Shown here: piece by piece, positions 1 to 7,895 of the stretch
Layout: each line of letters begins with the position of its first letter
How positions within the stretch are numbered: the first letter of the stretch is position 1
IMG/VR virus record: IMGVR_UViG_3300007734_000755
Span: 32,001-96,000 of that record
Reading direction: 5' to 3' (one strand)
DNA: 64,000 nt
Origin: a virus
Program-made: the position numbers and the translations under genes
The notes under the pieces: generated by a model
Told to the model about the DNA's origin: nothing
Databases searched by the model: none
What the model saw: the letters and a program-made list of their open reading frames with translations, nothing else

Positions 1-220
1 AATCCTTGAGGACTCTAACTCTAATAGCAATATCCAGCCCAGATTGTTCAAGCGCCCCTCTTATGGCTCCCTCTAGGGAGCTAGATAGTGGGGTCTTCCC
101 CCTATTCAGAGAGTAATCGTCATTCTGTAACTTCCAGAATTCAGAATCGTCTAAGCTGTGTTCTAGGGTTTTATATATTGATTTTGGTAGATGCGAGAGT
201 TCTTTTAGGAGAGTGTTCAT
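1..220 (-). CDS. hypothetical protein, 5' part (runs off window start)
   Basis: ATG at 220 opens MNTLLKELSHLPKSIYKTLEHSLDDSEFW... with no stop before position 1; preceded by a CTAATTA late-type motif (not in the ORF track). Confidence 0.7.
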   Translation of the reverse strand, partial: MNTLLKELSHLPKSIYKTLEHSLDDSEFWKLQNDDYSLNRGKTPLSSSLEGAIRGALEQSGLDIAIRVRVLKD

Positions 221-228
221 ATAAATAA

Positions 229-519
229 TTAGTTTTGAATAATCAAAGGCGCGTCCCAGTCTGAATCGAATTCATAATCTTCTGAGGAAGATTTCACCTT
301 TGGAGCAGGTATCCTGTGCCCTTCTCTATACCAGGCTTCATAACCTGAATTATTGACTCTCGCTGGGCCGTTGATTCTATGAATTTTTCCTTCCTTATAC
401 CACAAACCTTCACCATCTGAATGCATGACAGCGGGAAGATCATTATCTCTGTGTAGAGTATCATCCTTATACCAAATAGTCACGCTTTTAAGGAGCTTTT
501 TTCCTATTTTCTTAATCAT
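229..519 (-). CDS. small MORN-variant-like repeat protein (HRxxxPA family)
   Basis: LHRDNDLPA and IHRINGPA repeats with W-Y-x-x-G spacing. Confidence 0.75.
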   Translation of the reverse strand: MIKKIGKKLLKSVTIWYKDDTLHRDNDLPAVMHSDGEGLWYKEGKIHRINGPARVNNSGYEAWYREGHRIPAPKVKSSSEDYEFDSDWDAPLIIQN

Positions 520-528
520 TCGATTTAC

Positions 529-711
529 TCAGTAAAAGTTTTTTTTACGATATTGCGCCCCATCCTTATAATATAATTGGACACCAACAAAATCTATATA
601 GGCAGGAAGGTCGTTATCTCTGTGTAGGCAATTGTTTTTAAACCAAAAGTTGCTAATAGTACCGTCATAGTAAACGTTTATTTCTTTCGATATTATTTTT
701 TTATTCTTCAT
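529..711 (-). CDS. small HRDNDLPA-family protein
   Basis: WFKNNCLHRDNDLPAYI; ATG at 711 overlaps the upstream TAA (TAATG). Confidence 0.7.
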   Translation of the reverse strand: MKNKKIISKEINVYYDGTISNFWFKNNCLHRDNDLPAYIDFVGVQLYYKDGAQYRKKNFY

Positions 712-854
712 TACCAAAGTCTTACCGCCCTTAATCCGTTTGCCTTATAAAAACAATAATCACAATTTTCCTGATCTAGAACCCACCAAATTACTTGGCA
801 TGTTGTTTCATCTTGATTTCTAAAGATTTGAACTTCTATTTTCTTAATCTTCAT
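711..854 (-). CDS. 47-aa hypothetical protein
   Basis: MKIKKIEVQIFRNQDETTCQVIWW...RLW*; AGGA RBS upstream; TAATG coupling to next gene. Confidence 0.55.
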   Translation of the reverse strand: MKIKKIEVQIFRNQDETTCQVIWWVLDQENCDYCFYKANGLRAVRLW

Positions 855-863
855 CTTATTCCT

Positions 864-952
864 TGGCGGAAACTAAGGGATTCGAACCCTTGGAGGCTAT
901 AAACCCCGCTAGTTTTCTAGACTAGTGCCGTAAACCACTTGGCTAAATTTCC
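864..952 (-). tRNA. tRNA-Ser, anticodon AGA
   Basis: Acceptor GGAAATT/AGTTTCC, G73, encoded CCA; anticodon arm CTAGT-CTAGAAA-ACTAG; long variable arm; GGTTCGAATCC T-arm. Confidence 0.9.
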
Positions 953-1036
953 CAATGGGACTTCCACCCGATGTTTGGCATACTCGTTAAATGAGTACAA
1001 TGCCAATCTGCAACACTTTTGGCTGTTACTACCTAG

Positions 1037-1109
1037 CGGGCTGGGCGGGACTCGAACCCACGTCTCAAGGTTTTGGAGGCCCGTATCTTAGCCGCTGGAA
1101 CACCAACCC
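1037..1109 (-). tRNA. tRNA-Trp, anticodon CCA (imperfect anticodon stem, CCA end not encoded)
   Basis: Acceptor GGGTTGG/CCAGCCC, loop CTCCAAA, T-arm GGGTTCGAGTCCC. Confidence 0.8.
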
Positions 1110-1128
1110 ATCTATATTTAGTCCTCTG

Positions 1129-1217
1129 TGGCGGAAACGGCGGGTAACGATCCCACTCGAGCTATTAACCCCTAGAAGTTTAGCAAACTTCCCTCTTATC
1201 CTATTGAGTACGTTCCC
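1129..1217 (-). tRNA. tRNA-Ser, anticodon GCT
   Basis: Acceptor GGGAACG/CGTTTCC, G73-CCA; GAAGT-TTGCTAA-ACTTC anticodon arm; long variable arm; atypical T-loop ATCGTTA. Confidence 0.85.
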
Positions 1218-1232
1218 GACGCTTCAAGTTAT

Positions 1233-1493
1233 CTAGTATGGAGGAATATCCTCGGCATCCCAGGTGTGAGAATAAACGCCTCTCTCGAGTATGTGGCATA
1301 AAAAAGCTGGTAGGTCGATTTCTCTTTCTCCGTTGACTTCAGAGAAACTCTTGATTTCTCCGTCCTCGTTCGAGGGAAAGACAAGAACTTCTACCGGAGC
1401 TATTCTTTCTACACTTTGACTCACAATAAAATATTGTTCGTTTTCCTTTACAAGAACCTGTCTTTCGTTTATAGCTCTAATCAGTTCAGTCAT
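1233..1493 (-). CDS. hypothetical protein
   Basis: ORF with GGAG RBS in a tightly packed operon. Confidence 0.65.
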   Translation of the reverse strand: MTELIRAINERQVLVKENEQYFIVSQSVERIAPVEVLVFPSNEDGEIKSFSEVNGEREIDLPAFLCHILERGVYSHTWDAEDIPPY

Positions 1494-1501
1494 TGTATCT
1501 C

Positions 1502-1702
1502 CTAACTACAGGGATAAAACCCTGGACCAGTAAAGGTATCTACTTCCCAACTCTTGGGGTCAGTAAAATACTCCAAAGTCCCCATCTCGTGAGGAGTGCC
1601 AACTCCGCTATTGGCAAGAACCATAGCTTCCCATTCATTCTCTGCCTCTACAACCGTAGGAGTAATTCTCATCTTCTCTACATTAACAATATATTTCTTC
1701 AT
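1502..1702 (-). CDS. small hypothetical protein
   Basis: ORF with AGGA RBS; VVEAENEWEA motif typical of small phage proteins. Confidence 0.65.
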   Translation of the reverse strand: MKKYIVNVEKMRITPTVVEAENEWEAMVLANSGVGTPHEMGTLEYFTDPKSWEVDTFTGPGFYPCS

Positions 1703-1714
1703 TGTAATTCCTTT

Positions 1715-1981
1715 TTAATTATCATATTGTTCAAGCTGTTCGCCTGAGAAATTAAACATCTTAGTATCCAGGTCGTTCTCTGTTAGAACCTCATAAAGGT
1801 ATTCGTTGCTTTTCTTGAGAAAGATAATCTCCGAAACAATAAGGCATTCGTCACCCACTAGAATAACCTCGTCGATATCAAGATTTTCTCTTTCCTGATT
1901 TGGCTTGATATTAATCCCCATAGTCGGAGAAGCCACTCGTACCAAATCTCCAACCTTAAAAATCGCTTCCTTCTGTTTCAT
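1715..1981 (-). CDS. hypothetical SH3/KOW-like small protein
   Basis: FKVGDLVRV start motif; ATGA overlap. Confidence 0.6.
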   Translation of the reverse strand: MKQKEAIFKVGDLVRVASPTMGINIKPNQERENLDIDEVILVGDECLIVSEIIFLKKSNEYLYEVLTENDLDTKMFNFSGEQLEQYDN

Positions 1982-2313
1982 TCTCCCCTCGTTTCAAGAT
2001 AATGCTTGTGAACCGAAAATTCCCTTCCAAAGGATTGATCACCAAACGGTGAGATAACATTTGTATCTGGATATTTTCCAGAGTTAATAACCAGGAACGG
2101 CAGATCTATAAACTCTTCCATTCTCCAGTTGACATCTAGGATTTCTTTCCTTAGAAAGACAACATCTCCAATCTTCAACTCAACATCTTTCTTCAACATC
2201 TTCTTAATCTTTGCCAGCAAAGAAATTCTTGCTGGTCTGTCCATATATGTTGTTGCAAATTCTTCGTTCACTGCACAAACAGCCTTTACAAAATCATTTG
2301 TGTCAAATGGCAT
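1978..2313 (-). CDS. hypothetical protein
   Basis: ORF with LKIGDVV motif, RBS AGGA. Confidence 0.6.
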   Translation of the reverse strand: MPFDTNDFVKAVCAVNEEFATTYMDRPARISLLAKIKKMLKKDVELKIGDVVFLRKEILDVNWRMEEFIDLPFLVINSGKYPDTNVISPFGDQSFGREFSVHKHYLETRGE

Positions 2314-2322
2314 GTTAAATTC

Positions 2323-2970
2323 CTAGCGATTATACTTCTTGCTTTTTTTTGGAAGCAGTGCTGAAGAACGAATCTCGAAAGTTTTTTGGTCTTCCATTAA
2401 GTTTGGGTTGATTAGTTCATAGTGAAGAACAAAATCCTTCTCTGGCAGAGAGGAAACATTGAGAACCAAATAGGCTGTTTCCTTTTCAAACCAATTTTTA
2501 CTTCTATTTTGTGTAGTATCTCTGGCGTAAACAAGGTCACCGCAAGAATGTTCTGGTTGTTCATTGAAATTACTAATAATCTTTTGTGCCCACGCAGACT
2601 CTACGCTCTTTTCATAAATGTTTTGTGGACAGACCCATTCCGGATTTGTATAATTCTTAGCGAGGATAGAAGAGTTATAATGAGCCGCATAATACCGGCC
2701 CATAATATTCACGTTGCGTTTGCGCTCATCATCCATAGATGATTCCCACAGTTTTTCCTGTTCTAGAACTTCCTGTGGAGGAAAACATTCCGCCCAAAAC
2801 TTATCTACCCAAACAACCTGTTTTTCACTAAGTTCTTTCTTCTCTGCTTGAGCTTTAATTGATTCAACAAATGAGCGGCTAGACACCCTCAACCGAGGGT
2901 TGATTAGAATTTTCTCTAGCTTTTCAATATTAGTTAGGTCTGACATATATACCAACATTCTTGTATTCAA
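2323..2970 (-). CDS. hypothetical protein
   Basis: 215-aa ORF downstream of a sigma70-like promoter; start uncertain. Confidence 0.65.
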   Translation of the reverse strand: MNTRMLVYMSDLTNIEKLEKILINPRLRVSSRSFVESIKAQAEKKELSEKQVVWVDKFWAECFPPQEVLEQEKLWESSMDDERKRNVNIMGRYYAAHYNSSILAKNYTNPEWVCPQNIYEKSVESAWAQKIISNFNEQPEHSCGDLVYARDTTQNRSKNWFEKETAYLVLNVSSLPEKDFVLHYELINPNLMEDQKTFEIRSSALLPKKSKKYNR

Positions 2971-3013
2971 TAGGTTTGTTCTGGTGGCTGCGTCGAGCTA
3001 ACCACTCCCCACA

Positions 3014-3042
3014 AGTATAGTGTAGGAGTGGTTAGTCGTCAA
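3014..3042 (-). promoter_or_regulatory. sigma70-like early promoter
   Basis: TTGACG-N17-TATACT, embedded in inverted repeat CTAACCACTCC/GGAGTGGTTAG. Confidence 0.75.
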
Positions 3043-3050
3043 GCCCGGTA

Positions 3051-4286
3051 TTAAGCAGCCTTCTTTCTTTCAATGACAATCATCATCTCATTTGGCCGAG
3101 GGTCGAAATATGGGCGACCAGCACAATCCTTAGTCGTCATCCACATTCTTTGGCACTTAGAGGCCACCGGCTTTTCTGCACACATATCAGTTAGAATGAT
3201 ATGTCCGTCGAACTTCTTGCTATTCACATAGATGGTCGGAGAAGAAAAGTTGGTGCCGCCACAGAGAACTCGTTCGCGCTTACGATGTTCGCCCTTTTTC
3301 CAGGTATAGATTTTATCCTCAAACACCCTATCATCAAAGGGGACAACCACGAATGTTGCCAGCTTAGAAAGAGAGTTAAGCTCCTCAAAGAACATGGAAA
3401 GCATTTCATCACTTACAGAACCAGATTGGTCGATCGAAATTGCAATGTTGGCAACTCTGTTGACTTTTCTGCCGGGGTTGACCGACATGACCCCAATATT
3501 GGATGAATACTCGTGAGTTCTCTTATCAATTTTTCTGCGAGAGTTGGACTTGTCTGCTCGCTGCGCTCTACCAATAAAGAGCTTGAGAACTCGCTTCCAG
3601 TCGATATACGACTCCAGCATTCTCTTAATCTCTTCTCTAACCTTATTGGACATCGTACCCCAGCCCTTAGCGTTAGCTTTTTCGGCTGCGTCCTTTACAT
3701 ATTCCTTGATTCTTTCATTTGCAGTTTCAGCTTCAATGCCGTCGCCAGAACCATTTGCCCAACCATCGTGGTTATCAAATTGCCCCTCACCCATGCCTTC
3801 GCCCTCACCGCCGCCACCCTCTCCATTCTTGTCAAGCTTTACCTTGTCCAGAATCTTGCGGAAATAGAATTCGGCACCTTCCATACTCGGAAAGTCCTCA
3901 AAGCCCTTTCCACCAGGAATACAGCAATTCTCCGGAAGATTTTGCGCACCAATCAAGCAGTTAATTGAAAGGTCAGTGGCAATGTTCCAGAACTTAAAGA
4001 AACGCTCTGGGTCCTGAATAACAAGAGCAGGTCTGCGATTTGAAACATGGCGAAAGACAAGGTGATAGAATTCGTGAACAATAACACCTCGACGTTGACA
4101 ATCACTAAGATTGTCAAAGAAGGATGGATTATAGAGAAACTCGTATTGCATAGCTTCTCGGTTAAGACCAACAGCAGCTGTTGGAATGGCGTTTGTCGCA
4201 ATCTTCTCAACTCTGCGAGAGAGTGCAGCAAAAAACGGCTCTTCCTTGAGAAGGCGCGCAATATCAATATTCAAATCGTAAGCCAT
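3051..4286 (-). CDS. metallopeptidase-vWA domain protein (DUF2201-like), MoxR partner
   Basis: HEFYH zincin motif, WNIATDLSIN, Gly/acidic linker, MIDAS DQSGS, GGTNF, ILTD; track start (4361) lies upstream of the promoter, so the start is 4286 or 4316. Confidence 0.9.
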   Translation of the reverse strand: MAYDLNIDIARLLKEEPFFAALSRRVEKIATNAIPTAAVGLNREAMQYEFLYNPSFFDNLSDCQRRGVIVHEFYHLVFRHVSNRRPALVIQDPERFFKFWNIATDLSINCLIGAQNLPENCCIPGGKGFEDFPSMEGAEFYFRKILDKVKLDKNGEGGGGEGEGMGEGQFDNHDGWANGSGDGIEAETANERIKEYVKDAAEKANAKGWGTMSNKVREEIKRMLESYIDWKRVLKLFIGRAQRADKSNSRRKIDKRTHEYSSNIGVMSVNPGRKVNRVANIAISIDQSGSVSDEMLSMFFEELNSLSKLATFVVVPFDDRVFEDKIYTWKKGEHRKRERVLCGGTNFSSPTIYVNSKKFDGHIILTDMCAEKPVASKCQRMWMTTKDCAGRPYFDPRPNEMMIVIERKKAA

Positions 4287-4322
4287 GATGTGTACCTGTC
4301 GGTCTTGATTGACCATGAGTAG

Positions 4323-4351
4323 AGTGTAGCCCACCTGACCATTTGCGTCAA
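4323..4351 (-). promoter_or_regulatory. sigma70-like early promoter
   Basis: TTGACG-N17-TACACT. Confidence 0.7.
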
Positions 4352-4390
4352 ACCGGGCCATATAGAGCTAATTCTCCACCGGGAGAATCG

Positions 4391-5152
4391 TTATAGATAT
4401 TTATTCTTAAAATCGTGCCAATAAGAAGTCATCTTCTTAATTGAGGTTAGAAATTCGTCTAGACTTACATCGTCAGGGTGTGGAATACCCGAGTGGGTTC
4501 CCCAAAAATGATCTTGGGCCTCTACTCTTACTACTCCAGCCTGGTCCAATAATTGTTCCCGCGCACCATTTATCCAAAGATCTACCAGGGTTTTATATTC
4601 TGGAATATTTGAATACATACACTTATATTGATCCAGACACCCAAAATAGCCCTTCTTATCTTCTTCAACTTCCGCCGGAGTTGGGTTTCTACTTCCGGCT
4701 ATCAACTGGTAGCGTTGCTTCTTAACATCCAACCACCATTGAATTTCCTCGTCGCTATAGCGTCTTTCTTTGACTGGGATTCCGCATCCGCAAAAGAAAC
4801 AAGCATCATCCTTTGTGATACTTACTTGGGACACTACCCGATACTTTCCAAACTGTCGCCAACGAACATCCATTTTACAAATTCTGTGAGCAAAACCGCC
4901 GCAGGGATCATACCAGATTTCTCCTAATTTATGAGGTTGTAACTCCCAGCCTTCAAAATTGCCAGCTCCATCCCAGCCGCCAGACCATTTCTTGTATTGT
5001 CGCTTCTTAAGTCTGCCTCGATATGGTCTGTTTGGCGTAGATGTAAGCTCCGCTACCCAAGTGGCATAGGGCTTATTATAATTAAGATCCTTGTATGGTT
5101 TGTGACCGGGAGGCTCATATCCATCTGGTCGAAGGATGTGTTTTTTAGACAT
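4391..5152 (-). CDS. hypothetical protein
   Basis: 253-aa ORF, Trp/Cys-rich (CFFCGC), no recognised family. Confidence 0.7.
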   Translation of the reverse strand: MSKKHILRPDGYEPPGHKPYKDLNYNKPYATWVAELTSTPNRPYRGRLKKRQYKKWSGGWDGAGNFEGWELQPHKLGEIWYDPCGGFAHRICKMDVRWRQFGKYRVVSQVSITKDDACFFCGCGIPVKERRYSDEEIQWWLDVKKQRYQLIAGSRNPTPAEVEEDKKGYFGCLDQYKCMYSNIPEYKTLVDLWINGAREQLLDQAGVVRVEAQDHFWGTHSGIPHPDDVSLDEFLTSIKKMTSYWHDFKNKYL

Positions 5153-5531
5153 CGGAAAGCTTTTCCTCTAATTCCTTTAGTTCTGCACCAATTTCTAAGA
5201 TCTCGGATTCAAGGAAATTAGATCTGACAAGGCAATTTTCATGCTCTACTTGAGTGGATGCAAGATCTCGTTTTAGAGAGGAGATTTTATATCGGAGATG
5301 TTCCTTAGTATCTTGTTTGTTGTACAACTCTACACAGGTTTCGGGATCGAGTTCAACAATCTCAATCTTGTAAACTTTTTCGATTTTTGCTTCATCTTCT
5401 AGAAGATGACGAACGTCCTCACCAGACGTTAGGGCATCCTTAACCGAGGTTGAAACTTCTTCTATTGTATCAAATATTTGACTAGTTTCGATTTCCAGCG
5501 ATGGAAACGTTGTTCTTTTAACTACCCACAT
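5145..5531 (-). CDS. hypothetical coiled-coil protein
   Basis: ORF overlapping neighbours, heptad-like C-terminus. Confidence 0.6.
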   Translation of the reverse strand: MWVVKRTTFPSLEIETSQIFDTIEEVSTSVKDALTSGEDVRHLLEDEAKIEKVYKIEIVELDPETCVELYNKQDTKEHLRYKISSLKRDLASTQVEHENCLVRSNFLESEILEIGAELKELEEKLSDV

Positions 5532-5706
5532 TTTGGCCTCTCAATTTTTCTTTTAACTCAGCGACCCGAGCCTCTCTCTCTGCAATCCTTGTTTTTAGGA
5601 TAGACAAGCAACAACGATGATATCGCTCTTCTTCTCTACTTTCGTCCAAGTAACTTTCCGCGTCATCCAAGGCTTCTTTAATCTCTTCTCTTTCGTCGTC
5701 AGTCAT
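5518..5706 (-). CDS. small coiled-coil protein
   Basis: ORF, charged helical sequence. Confidence 0.55.
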   Translation of the reverse strand: MTDDEREEIKEALDDAESYLDESREEERYHRCCLSILKTRIAEREARVAELKEKLRGQNVGS

Positions 5707-5738
5707 TTTACAATTTCATCCTTATAATTTTTTCCATT

Positions 5739-5984
5739 TTAGAAACTCTCCAGATGAATCTTAAGAATATGAACACGGTGTTCATATTCTTCTATTTGTC
5801 GTTCATCATATTTAATGATTGCAATTGATCTGTTGTTATATTGATCATCAAGCAGGGTTTTTTTCCATTGTTCAAGAATCTTTTCCGCTTCATCGAGCTG
5901 TTCTTGATATTTCTTCTTTAAGAGAGCTTCTTCGAACTTATACTTCTTTGGAATTTTAACTTTACTCACCATACCCTCGTCCAT
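5739..5984 (-). CDS. small coiled-coil protein
   Basis: ORF, charged helical sequence. Confidence 0.55.
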   Translation of the reverse strand: MDEGMVSKVKIPKKYKFEEALLKKKYQEQLDEAEKILEQWKKTLLDDQYNNRSIAIIKYDERQIEEYEHRVHILKIHLESF

Positions 5985-6373
5985 AAATTAGTTGACTTGT
6001 AGTGTAGGGCGAAACCATCCCAACCATCCACTGCGAAGTAAACCTCATATTGAGACAAACCCCATCTATCATCTAACTCCCAATCAACTATAATTCCCTG
6101 GTCTGGTCTATCAATATTCCAATTTGGATTATTTGACCATTGTTCCATGGGATGTAGCACTCGACGACCAACCCAGGTCTGTTGTGGAAGGGAATTCAAC
6201 TGTACCAACCCGCAGGTTATATGAGCATAAACCTTTCTTGTAAAGTTCTTATCGTGTTTTTCGTATCGAGCAATTGTCCCGCCGCAGAAAATACATCCAC
6301 GGCGAATCTGGCTTCCAGATACCTGCCTACGCCATTTATTTCCAATCAGTCTGCTGTCCGTTGTCGTTATCAT
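5966..6373 (-). CDS. hypothetical protein with CxxC
   Basis: CIFC...HITC; ATGA overlap. Confidence 0.6.
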   Translation of the reverse strand: MITTTDSRLIGNKWRRQVSGSQIRRGCIFCGGTIARYEKHDKNFTRKVYAHITCGLVQLNSLPQQTWVGRRVLHPMEQWSNNPNWNIDRPDQGIIVDWELDDRWGLSQYEVYFAVDGWDGFALHYKSTNLWTRVW

Positions 6374-6573
6374 AGAGATAATCCCAGTTCAAATGCTGCG
6401 AATAGACAGCCCACAAGCATAGTGAGAGCAGAAAGGATTAGTTCGTTCCGCTGCGAGGAAAGCCATTCAATTTCTGAATCAATTTGAACTAATCTGATAT
6501 CGCGAGATAAATCTTCCAGCAACTGATTAATTTCTTCTTCTAACTCTAGCGAATCCATTTTTTTGTTCTCCAA
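6370..6573 (-). CDS. small membrane-anchored coiled-coil protein
   Basis: C-terminal hydrophobic helix LILSALTMLVGCLFAAF. Confidence 0.55.
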   Translation of the reverse strand: MENKKMDSLELEEEINQLLEDLSRDIRLVQIDSEIEWLSSQRNELILSALTMLVGCLFAAFELGLSL

Positions 6574-6577
6574 GCAG

Positions 6578-6619
6578 GCAAGGGTTATCGTGGAGAACCT
6601 ACTCCACGATAACCCTTGC
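6578..6619. terminator. 18-bp perfect hairpin downstream of MoxR gene
   Basis: GCAAGGGTTATCGTGGAG-aaccta-CTCCACGATAACCCTTGC. Confidence 0.65.
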
Positions 6620-6633
6620 TGATTCCCTATCTC

Positions 6634-7704
6634 TTAGACAACCTTGCCAGTAAGAATCCGGACAGCGTGAAGGCTGGCCTTGCCCTTGCTGGTTTCCTGC
6701 TTCATGATAAGCTGGTTGTTCAGCTTACCAAAGACGCCCGCAATCTTGGTCGCGGCTTCCGAGGGAAGGTTGACGTAGTATTCTGCCACGTTCTTTGCCT
6801 CTTCTTCCTTAAGCTGGCGGTCAAACACCTTGCTCGCGCCCATCTTTTCGATTAGGGCCAGATGCTCATTAAGCGAGAACTTCTTGGTCATCTTTTGAGC
6901 CTTGCCATTCAGAACATCCTCAACCTTAACCTGACGGTCATAGTTACGGATAAAGTCCGCGAAGCTGGTTGCAGCCTCAAACCCAACGAAACCCTGAACC
7001 AGAGCCTGCATTTCAGGAGTGCAACCCTTTTCTAGGAGCTTAGAACGGGTCAGGGTGTCACTAACTCTGGCCCACGAACGGCGCGAGGGATAAACCTTAT
7101 TCGGTTCGAACGTATCCGAGTGCTCAAGATGATTGCGATTGTTATTGATAAAGTCCCAGACTTCAACGGCAATCTTCTCCTTGCCCCAAGTTAGCCAATC
7201 CTCAACAGTCGGCTCCAAGTCGAAGCAGGTATAACGATCCAACTCTGCAATATCCATGTCAGAAACCTGATAGTTGCTGCCGTGGATGCCACCGTTGACC
7301 GCCGAGAAAATCAGAGTATCGGGGTGAAGAGTATTGCCAGCCAGCTTACGGCTATCGGTCAACTCAAATAGGCCCTGACGAACTTCCTGCGTACCACGAT
7401 CTACTTCGTCGAAGAACAGAACAACCGCTTCGCGGCAGGCGCGAGCCAACCAGTCGGGCGATGCCCAGCGAGTAAAGATCTTGCCCGTTTCGTCCTTATC
7501 CATGACCGGGAGACCAATCAGGTCGCCCTCAGTCATTTGAGACGCTCTACGTTCAACTACCGGAAGGTGGACGACATCATTTGCAAACTGGTATACCAGT
7601 TGCGATTTGCCAATGCCGTGACGGCCACGCATAAGGACTGGAAAACGAGCATCAGTGACCGACTTGACGATAGACATGAAGGTCGAAAAAGAAATTGTAG
7701 CCAT
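6634..7704 (-). CDS. MoxR-like AAA+ ATPase (AAA_5 type)
   Basis: Walker A GRHGIGKS, Walker B LFFDEVDR, SAVN, PSRRSW; likely start MATISF at 7704 with AGAGG RBS. Confidence 0.9.
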   Translation of the reverse strand: MATISFSTFMSIVKSVTDARFPVLMRGRHGIGKSQLVYQFANDVVHLPVVERRASQMTEGDLIGLPVMDKDETGKIFTRWASPDWLARACREAVVLFFDEVDRGTQEVRQGLFELTDSRKLAGNTLHPDTLIFSAVNGGIHGSNYQVSDMDIAELDRYTCFDLEPTVEDWLTWGKEKIAVEVWDFINNNRNHLEHSDTFEPNKVYPSRRSWARVSDTLTRSKLLEKGCTPEMQALVQGFVGFEAATSFADFIRNYDRQVKVEDVLNGKAQKMTKKFSLNEHLALIEKMGASKVFDRQLKEEEAKNVAEYYVNLPSEAATKIAGVFGKLNNQLIMKQETSKGKASLHAVRILTGKVV

Positions 7705-7770
7705 TATAAAACCTCTAATTAATAAAAGAAACCAAGGAACTGTGGGACTTGAACCGCTCAAGACACCCTC

Positions 7771-7799
7771 ATCTTATAGCACCCTGTCATTCTCGTCAA
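7771..7799 (-). promoter_or_regulatory. sigma70-like early promoter
   Basis: TTGACG-N17-TAAGAT. Confidence 0.7.
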
Positions 7800-7858
7800 G
7801 GACGCTTGTGAAAGCCCGTTTCCGGGCATCGACTAGCATCTCTGCTCATCGTGTCCCC

Positions 7859-7887
7859 ATCTTAGCAAGGTGACACATTTCTGTCAA
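7859..7887 (-). promoter_or_regulatory. sigma70-like early promoter (tandem)
   Basis: TTGACA-N17-TAAGAT with TGn extended -10. Confidence 0.75.
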
Positions 7888-7895
7888 GGATGACA

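Noticed and set aside
864-952. Amber suppressor (CTA) tRNA and stop-codon recoding
   Set aside because: CTA occurs in the loop, but the stem register places AGA at 34-36; conserved genes are full length in code 11 and several end in TAG
5708-5737. 9-aa mini-ORF MEKIIRMKL bridging two genes
   Set aside because: Too short to support; may be a chance ORF or gene remnant
7810-7852. Hammerhead ribozyme
   Set aside because: GATGAG and GAAAC are present, but the CUGANGA core and three-stem junction cannot be formed
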